Source: Candidatus Nomurabacteria bacterium
Lineage (GTDB): Bacteria; Patescibacteriota; Minisyncoccia; Phycocordibacterales; UBA918
DNA: 64,000 nucleotides
Assembly (NCBI GenBank): GCA_023898565.1
Contig: CP060228.1
Location: 156,170 to 220,169 of the forward strand
Direction: 5' to 3'
Every line of letters begins with the position of its first letter. Within the stretch, counting starts at the first letter, position 1. This document shows positions 56,084 through 64,000 of the stretch, piece after piece. The notes beneath the pieces are model-generated. The model made no database searches. It was not told the DNA's origin and saw only the letters and a program-made list of their open reading frames with translations. The position numbers were made by a program, and so were the translations under genes.

Positions 56084-57616
56084 CTAGCGTCCAAAGCGAT
56101 TTTGGACATACTCAAGCAAAGTCACAACATCGCCAGTCCGATCATCAGAACCAAGAATAATCACAATCAAAGTACGGACCTGACCCTGCAGCTCAACCTC
56201 GTGCAGTGAAATGGATGTTTTGCCAGCAGCCAAGGTTTCACCCACTTTACCGCCAACGAAATTATCCATATCTTCTACTTCATTGAAATTGATGAGGCCA
56301 TCAAACTCACCACCAACATACGCACTTGGGATTTTATCATTAGCAGTTATTTCTAAAATAAAGCTGCGATTACTACGAATGTACTTGGTCAACCGAAACA
56401 AATCACCAAGAGAAGAAACATTGTCAGCACTCAAACCCGATGGGTCAGCGAAGCGCGAATGCATCATGCCCAGCTGGCGCGCTTTTGCATTCATTGCTTC
56501 GATAAATTCAACCCGACCCATTTCACCAGCAATTGTTTCAGCTGCTTCGTTGGAAGATTCAACCAAGAGCAACTGTAATAAGCTGTACATTGATACACTG
56601 CTACGCTCAGACAAACGTGGGATAAGTGAGTGAACAAAGGTTGGTGACGTAATCTGCACACGACCATCAAGGTCGAGCTCTTCCGCTGTCACTACTGCGG
56701 TCATCAACTTAGTGAGCGATGCGATAGGTGCCTCTGCATCTAAGTCTGTTGCAGCCAGAATGGTGCCGTTATCGATATCCGCGATGAAGTAGTGCGGCGT
56801 GTCTAGATTTGGTACCTGTGGCTCATACACAAACACATCACGCTTCTGCTCTAACTTGGCGCGCACCAAGACCGGCAACCCTGCAGCAACATCTCGATAC
56901 AGCTGCTCAGCCTTATCATTAGCCAGCCGAATTCCACCACCAACAAAATCATCGGGAACTGCACCGCCTCCTGGATAGGTTGGTATACCATGAATAATGT
57001 AATTGCCACCAAACTTTAATTGCCAAGGAAATTCAACCTGCGCAATATTACTAAACTCCTCAATATCACGAGCTTCAATCTGGTACAAACCAGACGGTGT
57101 CTCCCACCAAGAACCAACTTCACCAACTGCAAGCACATCAGCACTAAAATACAAAACACCCTTCTTAAACAAGCGAACCTGCTTAGTACTTAAATCGACT
57201 TCAATAAAACTAAGTCCTGCCTCAATGAACGAATCTCTCGTACTGGCAAAAAATGACTCCTGCGCTAGAGCCGGTTGTGGACCGTACTCAAGATCAACAC
57301 TCACCTGACTGTACGGATTCACCACCGTTACGACTGGAGCTGCTAGATTTCGCTCTGAAACCAATCCGTATCCAGTCGCTCCCAGAATAAAAAGCGCACA
57401 TACGGCCATGATTGTAACAATCACTCGTGAAGCAGGTAAAAGCAACGGTGTCGGCCGAGCACTTTGTGGCGTAAAGGTGTGTTTAGGATGTACGGTTGCT
57501 TTTGAGCCAGTTTGCGGAATAAGCATCCCCTTTCCATTCTTAGGCACATCATCACTATACGAAAACAGCTTTACAGACGAATCTGGCTTTTTTGACATAC
57601 CACTATCATACCGCAC
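56084..57616 (-). CDS. Membrane-anchored peptidoglycan enzyme: YkuD (L,D-transpeptidase)-like domain apparently lacking the catalytic Cys, plus a C-terminal serine DD-carboxypeptidase (S11) domain
   Basis: It has an N-terminal TM segment. The YkuD-like segment is NYIIHGIPTYPGGGAVPDDFVGGGIRLANDKAEQLY, where the conserved (S/T)xGC(I/V)R motif appears as GGGIR. The C-terminal domain has SLTKLMT (SxxK), VESSNEA (SxN-like) and GKTS (KTG-like) motifs. Confidence 0.5.
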   Translation of the reverse strand: MRYDSGMSKKPDSSVKLFSYSDDVPKNGKGMLIPQTGSKATVHPKHTFTPQSARPTPLLLPASRVIVTIMAVCALFILGATGYGLVSERNLAAPVVTVVNPYSQVSVDLEYGPQPALAQESFFASTRDSFIEAGLSFIEVDLSTKQVRLFKKGVLYFSADVLAVGEVGSWWETPSGLYQIEARDIEEFSNIAQVEFPWQLKFGGNYIIHGIPTYPGGGAVPDDFVGGGIRLANDKAEQLYRDVAAGLPVLVRAKLEQKRDVFVYEPQVPNLDTPHYFIADIDNGTILAATDLDAEAPIASLTKLMTAVVTAEELDLDGRVQITSPTFVHSLIPRLSERSSVSMYSLLQLLLVESSNEAAETIAGEMGRVEFIEAMNAKARQLGMMHSRFADPSGLSADNVSSLGDLFRLTKYIRSNRSFILEITANDKIPSAYVGGEFDGLINFNEVEDMDNFVGGKVGETLAAGKTSISLHEVELQGQVRTLIVIILGSDDRTGDVVTLLEYVQNRFGR

Positions 57617-57648
57617 GAACCAACCTTATTTTGACACTAGCTCACACT

Positions 57649-59007
57649 TTACAAGGCCAGTCCGGTACTCGTGGCGGCCGGCAACAACGCCGCTTTGGTG
57701 TAGATATTAGATGGTGCCCAGATCATCCAGCTTTCCACCCCAGCGTCATAGCTCGCTTGAATCTGCGTACGCACATCAGCCGCGTCATAATCGCCACCAT
57801 AATCAAAGTCCTGGATCCACGTGCGGAGCTTTTCTGGGCCATATACTGGCTTCGTATACTTCCCGGTCGCAAGCGGCGTACCACTCGCATTGTAGGTAAA
57901 GAGCGGCTCGTGCAAGAAGCCATTCATTGGTGTCGTACTAGCTGCCAAGCGATCGACTCCGGTCTTCATGGCGTGATAGACCACTTCATATGGGTGATCG
58001 TTTGGATCCCCCAGACCAAGGTAATTATTCGGGTAGTGTGATGGATACACCATCGGCGCGATGAAATCAAAATATGGCACGGCCCGATCTTGCACTTGCC
58101 CAATCGAGAGGTCGTCGTAATTCGTAGTTGTCATACCAAAAAGATCAGCCGAGGTATACGGAGTGCTTGAAGCGCGACCAGTATTAGTATGTTTTTTAGC
58201 AGAAAATTTCGACTCGTCGTCGAGCTGCTCGTTGAGATATTTGAAAAACGCTTCGAGATTGGCCTGCCTGTCCATTCCATACTGCCCAGCTACGCTTTGT
58301 GGATAGTATGTATCGCTCATGTTGCCGTCTGACGGATAGCGTACGTAATCGAAGTTTAGTTCATCAAAGCCGATGTTGTATGAATCTACTGAGAGCTGAA
58401 TGATGTGATCCCAATATGGCTTCGAAGCCACATCAATAAACGACAACCCTTTCCCGTCTTTCCAAACTGTCTGCTGATCACTACGTAGCACTGCTAGTTC
58501 CGGATGACTCGGCGCATAGTATGGATCTTGAAAGACCGTAATGCGACCAATCACATAGATGTCATGGTCATGCAACATCGTAATCAGCTCTGGCATATCA
58601 CGCGTACCACAACGCGCGTCTACCCAAGCAGATTGCCACTCAGTGCTTTCTGGTGGGAATGAAATGGTACCTGAGTAATCCTTAATATCAATCACGACAG
58701 AATTTATCTCCGTCGCGCGAATCAGCTCCACCAGCTTCGTACGAAACGACGGCGTTCCGGCTACACACGAAGTCATATAGATAGCTTTCACCGCTTCAGG
58801 GAGTGGTACATGCTGCACTACTGGCCGTACGTCAACTGGCTCCGGCAGCGGTTCGGTTACCATCGCAGGCCCAGCAGTAGTGGTGGTTGAGCTAGACACT
58901 GCGCTTGCAGTCTGCTCAACGGTCACATCAAAAAAAGTAACCGGCACAAAACTCAAGACCGCAAATGCTACTGCAGCGAGAACCAGTGGTGTGCCATATG
59001 TATGCAT
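57649..59007 (-). CDS. Secreted putative glycoside hydrolase-like TIM-barrel protein (DUF4015/GHL-type)
   Basis: It has a signal peptide. The region ...ELITMLHDHDIYVIGRITVFQDPYYA...GFDELNFDYVRYPSDG fits the GHL/DUF4015 pattern. The assignment is tentative. Confidence 0.4.
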   Translation of the reverse strand: MHTYGTPLVLAAVAFAVLSFVPVTFFDVTVEQTASAVSSSTTTTAGPAMVTEPLPEPVDVRPVVQHVPLPEAVKAIYMTSCVAGTPSFRTKLVELIRATEINSVVIDIKDYSGTISFPPESTEWQSAWVDARCGTRDMPELITMLHDHDIYVIGRITVFQDPYYAPSHPELAVLRSDQQTVWKDGKGLSFIDVASKPYWDHIIQLSVDSYNIGFDELNFDYVRYPSDGNMSDTYYPQSVAGQYGMDRQANLEAFFKYLNEQLDDESKFSAKKHTNTGRASSTPYTSADLFGMTTTNYDDLSIGQVQDRAVPYFDFIAPMVYPSHYPNNYLGLGDPNDHPYEVVYHAMKTGVDRLAASTTPMNGFLHEPLFTYNASGTPLATGKYTKPVYGPEKLRTWIQDFDYGGDYDAADVRTQIQASYDAGVESWMIWAPSNIYTKAALLPAATSTGLAL

Positions 59008-59010
59008 ACC

Positions 59011-59253
59011 TTATTGTAGCGTAGAATCTTCAAAAAGCCGCTCGGTCGTTTCAACAAACGAATCTGTGCCGCGCTCGCCATTACCAAGGTCGAGCTGTCG
59101 TAAGTAGACCGCGCGCCGAAGCGCATAGCCAATCAGTATTAAAAGAATACCAAACCCAAAAATAATATATTGTCTCCAAGCTAACGGAATTCCGAGATAC
59201 GGCACAATCGTGAGTACAATCCCTGCAACAAAAACCAGCGTTTCTTTCGTCAT
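59011..59253 (-). CDS. Small two-TM membrane protein (80 aa from the ATG; the track ORF starts at an upstream TTG)
   Basis: MTKETLVFVAGIVLTIVPYLGIPLAWRQYIIFGFGILLILIGYAL... has no homology assignment. Confidence 0.4.
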   Translation of the reverse strand: MTKETLVFVAGIVLTIVPYLGIPLAWRQYIIFGFGILLILIGYALRRAVYLRQLDLGNGERGTDSFVETTERLFEDSTLQ

Positions 59254-59316
59254 ACGTAAATACAAGAGGCAGTATAACGCAAAATGCGAAATGATGCGAA
59301 ATGTGTATAAATCAGA

Positions 59317-60051
59317 CTATTTTGCAGCAGATGTGTCTACCACGACTACGAATTCCCCTTTTTGAGTAACCGGAGTTTCGGTTAGTTCCGTAAGCAGCTC
59401 CCCCGCCGCGCCGACATGAAGCGTCTCATGGAGCTTGGTCAGTTCTCGCGCGAGATAGACGGTCGCCTCTGGATACACGTCATTAAGCGCCTCAAGAGTT
59501 TTGAGAATGCGATGGGTAGATTCAAAGAAAACCACTGGCTGGACATGGGCCGGCAAACGTTCGAAGAACGTTTGCCGGCCCTTTTTCTGCGGCACAAAGC
59601 CAAGGAAAGTAAATTGATTACCGGGGATACCCACGAGCGATACCGCAGCCGTCACCGCTGACGGACCAGGGATGACCTCAATACGCGCGCCCGCTTCGCG
59701 GGCGCGCTGAATCAAAAGCACGCCCGGATCACTCACTCCCGGCGTCCCCGCATCGCTCACGAGCGCAATCCGCTTCCCTTCTGCCAAATCAGCGAGAATT
59801 TGCTCATGCGCCCCTTCGCTCGCGTGCGCATCATAACGACGAAGCTTCGCAACAATGTCGTACCGCTCCATCAATCGCCCAGTCACACGAGTATCCTCAC
59901 ACAGCACATAATCTACCTCACCCAAAATCCGCACCGCACGGTACGTAATATCTTCAAGATTACCAATTGGTGTCGCCACTATATATAACGTGCCTGTTTC
60001 CATATCGTCGTACAGTAGCACACAAAACATCGTTCCGCTCGCAGTTGACAT
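59317..60051 (-). CDS. rsmI: 16S rRNA (cytidine1402-2'-O)-methyltransferase
   Basis: GTLYIVATPIGNLEDITYRAVRILGEVDYVLCEDTRVTGRL is the RsmI tetrapyrrole-methylase-fold N-terminus. An alternative start, METGT, lies at about 60003. Confidence 0.85.
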   Translation of the reverse strand: MSTASGTMFCVLLYDDMETGTLYIVATPIGNLEDITYRAVRILGEVDYVLCEDTRVTGRLMERYDIVAKLRRYDAHASEGAHEQILADLAEGKRIALVSDAGTPGVSDPGVLLIQRAREAGARIEVIPGPSAVTAAVSLVGIPGNQFTFLGFVPQKKGRQTFFERLPAHVQPVVFFESTHRILKTLEALNDVYPEATVYLARELTKLHETLHVGAAGELLTELTETPVTQKGEFVVVVDTSAAK

Positions 60052-60107
60052 TTACTGACTTCATACTACTGTTACGTGCAGTTTTGCACCTTACAAGGAG
60101 ATGCCTC

Positions 60108-60887
60108 GTGGCCCTCACACCATATCTTGGACTATGCATTGGCATCGGCTGTTCAATTTCGCTTGATGTCTTTTTTGCCACTCTAGCACGACACAAAAGT
60201 GGAGTAAGCATAAAGAGCTGGGCCCTTCCCATTGCGGTAACACACACGCTGTTTCCAGCACTCACCTTTACCGCAGCCTGGCTTCTTGGACAACTGGGTC
60301 TTATCGCTGAGTTATTTATCAACCTAATCGGCTTTGCCTTCATTAGTCTCTTTCTCTATGAAGAGTTCTGCGAGAAAATTGGCGTCGACGCAAAATTTGC
60401 GATTGTTAGCAAGCTAGAAACCTTGCTCGGCCTTGAGAGAAAGACGGCCAGTAATACACTCGCAATCTTGTCGGTCAGTTGGGACGCTTTGCTCTTTGGA
60501 CCATCGCTCGTAGCTATCGGCAACACCAAAGGATGGAGCTTCGCCGAAACCGGGACAGCCTTTCTTATAATCGGCAGCACCGTATTTATCTGTACATCAC
60601 TCGCAATTGCGGCTGCAGCGCCGATTAATCAAAAGCTACACAAATCCGCTCAGAGATTTACCGGCACCGTAGCGCAAGCGCACTACTGGTCTGATCTGGC
60701 CAGCTTTTCCGTGATTGGCGGCTTTGGCATACTGTCACTCCTGCGCTGCGTCTCTGACGAAATTCAGCTTCTGCCGAGCATTGCTCTTTCTCTCATCATT
60801 TGGACAGCTCTCTTCTACCAACATCGTCATGTCATCATGCAACACGAATGTGACGAAGTGATTGAAAGCGTCTTGGATAATGAGTAA
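60108..60887 (+). CDS. Polytopic membrane protein (possibly MntP/DUF204-like)
   Basis: The track ORF 59967..60887 overlaps rsmI. An in-frame GTG at 60108 is preceded by a consensus SD (aaggag, 60095-60100) with a 7-nt spacer. The product VALTPYLGLCIGIGCSISLDVFFATLA... has about 6-8 TM helices. The family call is weak. Confidence 0.45.
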   Translation: MALTPYLGLCIGIGCSISLDVFFATLARHKSGVSIKSWALPIAVTHTLFPALTFTAAWLLGQLGLIAELFINLIGFAFISLFLYEEFCEKIGVDAKFAIVSKLETLLGLERKTASNTLAILSVSWDALLFGPSLVAIGNTKGWSFAETGTAFLIIGSTVFICTSLAIAAAAPINQKLHKSAQRFTGTVAQAHYWSDLASFSVIGGFGILSLLRCVSDEIQLLPSIALSLIIWTALFYQHRHVIMQHECDEVIESVLDNE

Positions 60888-60889
60888 CC

Positions 60890-60918
60890 AAAGCGCCGAC
60901 CCTACGGGTCGGCGCTTT
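60890..60918. terminator. Bidirectional GC-rich hairpin with UACG loop (convergent genes)
   Basis: The sequence is aaagcgccgaccc-tacg-ggtcggcgcttt. The stops of the membrane protein (60885-60887) and murC (complement of 60928-60930) flank it. Confidence 0.6.
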
Positions 60919-60927
60919 CTCTATGGC

Positions 60928-62223
60928 TCACTCCACCAACATTTTTGCCAACTCTGTGACACTCCCCGCTCCCATTACCAGCAACACCTCATGCGGTGTA
61001 AGCGTCTGCTTTAAGTACTGCTCAGCCGCAGCAAAATCTTCTACAAACTGCACATTTTTATTAAACTCGAGCGCGCGCACTGACAGCTCACGACTGGTCA
61101 CGCCACTGCTATTTTCTTCACGTGCGGCGTAAATCGGCAGTAGTAGCACCTCATCTGCTCGTCCAAACACCTTGGCAAACTGCTCAAACAACACCTTGGT
61201 ACGTGTGTACGTGTGCGGCTGAAACACTACAATTACTCGACGATCGGGGTAAAGCTCACGAGCTCCTTCGATCGATGCGAACATTTCGGTTGGATGATGT
61301 GCGTAGTCATCATACACAAGCGCGCCATTGCAATCTCCCTTGTATTCAAACCGACGCCACGTTCCGGCAAACTGAAGTGCTGCATCGTTAATGGTCTCGC
61401 TTTCAATTTTCTCATGCCTAGCGGCAGCAAACGCTGCGGCAGCATTGAGACGATTATGTACACCAGGAATCTTAAGTGCCAATTGTGGATCGAAATAGTC
61501 CATGTAGTCCACCACCTCGACCGGCGACCCTTCGATAATCGGCTTAACATTTGGATCGCTCGTATCCGCTACTACTACACCATTTTCATTTACTTGTGAC
61601 ACCAATGTACGAAATGCCTCCTGCACTTCTGCAAGATTTTTGTAGCAATCAACATGCTCAAGTTCAACGTTTGTAATTACTAAAATATCTGGCCGCAAAC
61701 TTAAAAAGTCTCGCTTGTATTCACACGCCTCTACGATTGCGTATTTGGTTTTCCCTGCGCGGTAGTTACTCTTTGTCTTTGCTCGTAGCGACCCGATCAC
61801 GGCAGTTGGATCTTTGCCTGCTGCTTCAAAAATATCAGTAAGCATAGCGGTAGTTGTGGTCTTGCCATGTGTACCAGCTACCGCAATTAAATAGTATGGA
61901 TTCATCGCCAGGCCGAGCGCTTCGAAATAATTCATCATCGGCACTCCAAGCTTTCTGGCTGCTTTCATTTCTTCGTGATCTGGCGACATTGCCTCGGTGT
62001 AGACCACCAACTGAATGTCGTCGGAGATATTCTCTGCTACCTGTTCACCAAAAATCTGTACCCCTTCGGCATCAAGTGCTTTTGTCAGCGGCGAAAGTGA
62101 GCGATCTGAACCACTTACTATTTTTTTCTCAGTCAAAAAATGACGAGCCAAAGCGGACATGCCGATGCCGCCAACGCCAATGAAGTGAATCCGCGTAATC
62201 TGATTAATATCTATGCTTGACAT
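60928..62223 (-). CDS. murC: UDP-N-acetylmuramate--L-alanine ligase
   Basis: The start was trimmed to MSSIDINQITRIHFIGVGGIGMSALARHF (ATG whose complement is cat at 62221-62223). Mur ligase central and C-terminal domains are present (GTHGKTTTTAML). Confidence 0.9.
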   Translation of the reverse strand: MSSIDINQITRIHFIGVGGIGMSALARHFLTEKKIVSGSDRSLSPLTKALDAEGVQIFGEQVAENISDDIQLVVYTEAMSPDHEEMKAARKLGVPMMNYFEALGLAMNPYYLIAVAGTHGKTTTTAMLTDIFEAAGKDPTAVIGSLRAKTKSNYRAGKTKYAIVEACEYKRDFLSLRPDILVITNVELEHVDCYKNLAEVQEAFRTLVSQVNENGVVVADTSDPNVKPIIEGSPVEVVDYMDYFDPQLALKIPGVHNRLNAAAAFAAARHEKIESETINDAALQFAGTWRRFEYKGDCNGALVYDDYAHHPTEMFASIEGARELYPDRRVIVVFQPHTYTRTKVLFEQFAKVFGRADEVLLLPIYAAREENSSGVTSRELSVRALEFNKNVQFVEDFAAAEQYLKQTLTPHEVLLVMGAGSVTELAKMLVE

Positions 62224-62282
62224 ACCTCGAACAAAGCATAATATCACAAATAGACCATTCTTTACATTGCCAGGAGATTGAG

Positions 62283-63023
62283 ATGATTGTTTATGAACGA
62301 GACTTAGTTGCACCTCCTTATAAATCCCAAGCGACAGTCGCTTTGTATCATGGCCAGTCGACCAGTAGTAATCCTCGCTATCTGGCAGCGCAAAAAGGAG
62401 CACGCTTAAAAAACATCTGCTTTATTCGGGCTGCCGCCACATTCGGACAACCGGGTTTTGGAGCAGTGAAGGAGCCAGTGTATGGACCAGTCGAACAATC
62501 AGGGCACGATATCGCAGCTGACGGCGTCCTCTTAAGCGAGGCTGGCAGTGCTGCTATCATCCGCACCGGCGACTGCCCAGCTGTAGCGCTGTTTGCGCCG
62601 GCTCATGGGAAGGCGGTACTTCTGCATGCCGGCCGAGCGGCTCTCACTCCACGTGGCAACTCGGACGAATTAAGCAATATCATTACCTCAGGTTTCAGCC
62701 GACTGACAAAAGAACTGCCTGCGTCACGAGTGATTGCGCTCATTACCGGATCAATCTGTGCCAACCACTTTCCGCACGACCTGCCAGAAGCGCGTGCGCT
62801 CGTCGAGCCTTTCACCGTATTTGGCGAACACGCCTTCATCGACTATGCGACCGGCAGGCTTAATCTGGTGGCGATTATTCGTCAGCAGCTTATTGACCTC
62901 GGCGTGGCTGAATCAGACCTCCACCATGATGGACTCTGTACACACGAACACGCGAAACTTGCCAGCAATCGACGTGATCCAGGGGTCAAGTTGAGAAACC
63001 CAGTAATTCTCGTTCTTCGCTAA
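62283..63023 (+). CDS. pgeF: Peptidoglycan editing factor PgeF (YfiH/DUF152, Cu-oxidase_4 family)
   Basis: The start was set at MIVYERDL (ATG at 62283) with an SD (aggag, 62272-62276) 6 nt upstream. TGDCPAVALFAP...AVLLHAGRAAL matches the (A/T)DC.PV...HAGWRG core. Confidence 0.75.
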   Translation: MIVYERDLVAPPYKSQATVALYHGQSTSSNPRYLAAQKGARLKNICFIRAAATFGQPGFGAVKEPVYGPVEQSGHDIAADGVLLSEAGSAAIIRTGDCPAVALFAPAHGKAVLLHAGRAALTPRGNSDELSNIITSGFSRLTKELPASRVIALITGSICANHFPHDLPEARALVEPFTVFGEHAFIDYATGRLNLVAIIRQQLIDLGVAESDLHHDGLCTHEHAKLASNRRDPGVKLRNPVILVLR

Positions 63024-63025
63024 AT

Positions 63026-63053
63026 AAACGGCGGCCCTACGGGCCGCCGTTTC
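63026..63053. terminator. Bidirectional GC-rich hairpin with UACG loop between pgeF and murD
   Basis: The sequence is aaacggcggccc-tacg-gggccgccgttt. The stop codons of both convergent genes abut it. Confidence 0.6.
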
Positions 63054-64000
63054 CTATTCTGATTTATTTACACAGGCCACAAACGCGTCGTTACGCTCGT
63101 ACTCGTTTTTGAAGAGCCCAAACGAGGCGAAGCCGGGTGAGAAGAGCAGCACGTCGCCGGGCTGGCCTACGGCCAGCCCGGCCGCCACCGCCGCTTCCAT
63201 ACTCTCCACCACCTCTGCTTCAAGCAAGCCTTTAATTACATCAGTACCCGTGCCTGGTAGCAAAACCACCTTTTTGCAGTAGCGACCAATTGCTTCAAGC
63301 AATTCAGCCGGATCAATATTTTTATTGGCTCCACCAGCAATCAGCACCACATTTTTATCATCAGCATTGCCGACTGCCTCTAAACCACGAATGGTCGCCG
63401 CCGGCGTGGTGGCATTGTTGTCGTTATAAATCTTCACCCCATCGCGCTCACCAAGATACTCTAACCGCCCCGGCACACCTGGGAACGACGCCAAGCCCGC
63501 AAAAATTTCTTCGTCTTCCAGACTGACCGCTTTCAGAGCTTCGTACGCTAGAGCAGCGTTTAAGCGATTGTGTGCTCCTGGCATTGAAAGAAGCGAGTCC
63601 TCAGGAATTACCGATTCATCAGCCAAAATCACTTCTTGCCCAATCTCCACCCCAGCCAACTGTTTGGCACGTTCGAAGACTGCTGGTGTGGTGATAAACA
63701 CCCCACTCTCTTCTTGATGTGTGAATATATTGGCCTTATCTTCAAAGTAGTGCCGCATTGCCTCCTCCTTGCTCACTCCATCGGCACCGTAGTAATTGAG
63801 ATGATCTTCCATGAAGTTGGTAAAAACCGCAATCTGCGGCGACATCTTCGCCCACCCAAACCCTTGAAGCTGCCAGGAATCAAGCTCCATCACACAGAGT
63901 GAGTCTTCTTTCACTTGTTTCAAAAGCTGCAAGTTGGACAACCCTCGCACATTGCCTCCCAGCAAAATTTCTTCTCCGGTCGCTTGTGTCAGTACGTGAT
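63054..64000 (-). CDS. murD: UDP-N-acetylmuramoylalanine--D-glutamate ligase, C-terminal about 300 aa (5' end beyond the window)
   Basis: ...CVMELDSWQLQGF... (compare ELSSFQL), AHNRLNAALAYEA and GVPGRLEYLGERDGVKIYNDNNATTPAAT are MurD central and C-terminal motifs. The reading frame continues open to position 64000. Confidence 0.85.
   Translation of the reverse strand, partial: HVLTQATGEEILLGGNVRGLSNLQLLKQVKEDSLCVMELDSWQLQGFGWAKMSPQIAVFTNFMEDHLNYYGADGVSKEEAMRHYFEDKANIFTHQEESGVFITTPAVFERAKQLAGVEIGQEVILADESVIPEDSLLSMPGAHNRLNAALAYEALKAVSLEDEEIFAGLASFPGVPGRLEYLGERDGVKIYNDNNATTPAATIRGLEAVGNADDKNVVLIAGGANKNIDPAELLEAIGRYCKKVVLLPGTGTDVIKGLLEAEVVESMEAAVAAGLAVGQPGDVLLFSPGFASFGLFKNEYERNDAFVACVNKSE

Noticed and set aside
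59284-59303. Tandem 10-bp direct repeat atgcgaaatg x2 upstream of the small membrane protein
   Set aside because: It is only two copies and could arise by chance. It is noted as a possible promoter element but is too weak to call.
59967-60107. N-terminal 47 codons of the track ORF 59967..60887
   Set aside because: They overlap the rsmI coding region on the opposite strand. An in-frame GTG with a perfect SD at 60108 is the more credible start. The ATG at 60101 is out of frame and opens only a 20-codon ORF.
1-64000. Mobile elements, prophage or defence islands
   Set aside because: No transposase, integrase, recombinase, reverse transcriptase, restriction or Cas-like ORFs were recognised. The tail-fibre-like giant protein is not accompanied by any phage structural or replication genes.

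Overview
This is a 64 kb chromosomal window from a gene-dense bacterium, about 50% GC, with nearly all genes on the minus strand. A split transketolase, type-B ribosomal protein L31, many giant surface proteins and very few Shine-Dalgarno sites suggest a Patescibacteria/CPR-like (possibly Saccharibacteria) lineage; this is inference only. No rRNA, tRNA, CRISPR array, transposase or integrase was seen.

Layout along the window:
- 1-7.3 kb: partial rpmE (L31 type B), a coiled-coil lytic transglycosylase, a pfkB sugar kinase (+ strand), and a pentose-phosphate/glycolysis operon: gap, rpiB, rpe-like, then transketolase N- and C-subunits.
- 7.3-23 kb: one uninterrupted minus-strand operon of eight cell-surface genes. 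It is headed by two paralogous membrane-tethered HTH (excisionase/MerR-like) proteins. Then come a 2064-aa beta-helix giant with an acidic tail, a 1070-aa Asp-box propeller protein carrying near-identical 123-bp tandem repeats, a three-gene cassette of two paralogous small secreted proteins around a membrane-anchored protein, and an Fn3 protein. This is my main candidate for an undescribed host-attachment or surface module with its own membrane regulators.
- 23-32.4 kb: housekeeping genes gatB, obg, a DUF360 membrane protein, secA, a tiny lysine-repeat histone-H1-like gene, murB, and an O-antigen-ligase/TPR membrane protein.
- 32.5-42.6 kb: a sharply AT-rich island, probably horizontally acquired, for a heavily methylated glycan. 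It encodes a Wzx flippase, five SAM methyltransferases, GT2 and GT4 transferases, a polysaccharide deacetylase, a truncated UDP-sugar dehydrogenase and a FemAB/GNAT-like protein.
- 42.6-52.6 kb: a native-GC continuation with more GT4 genes, YvcK, and an epimerase/dehydratase, plus an N-terminal-only GT4 fragment, an APH-like kinase and a small HD (p)ppGpp-hydrolase.
- 52.6-64 kb: an LTD-PKD surface protein, a TraD/VirD4-like ATPase with a disordered tail, a possible inactive L,D-transpeptidase fused to an S11 DD-carboxypeptidase, a DUF4015 hydrolase, rsmI, a membrane protein, murC, pgeF, and partial murD.

Several GC-rich hairpins with UNCG loops sit between convergent genes, with the stop codons inside their stems.
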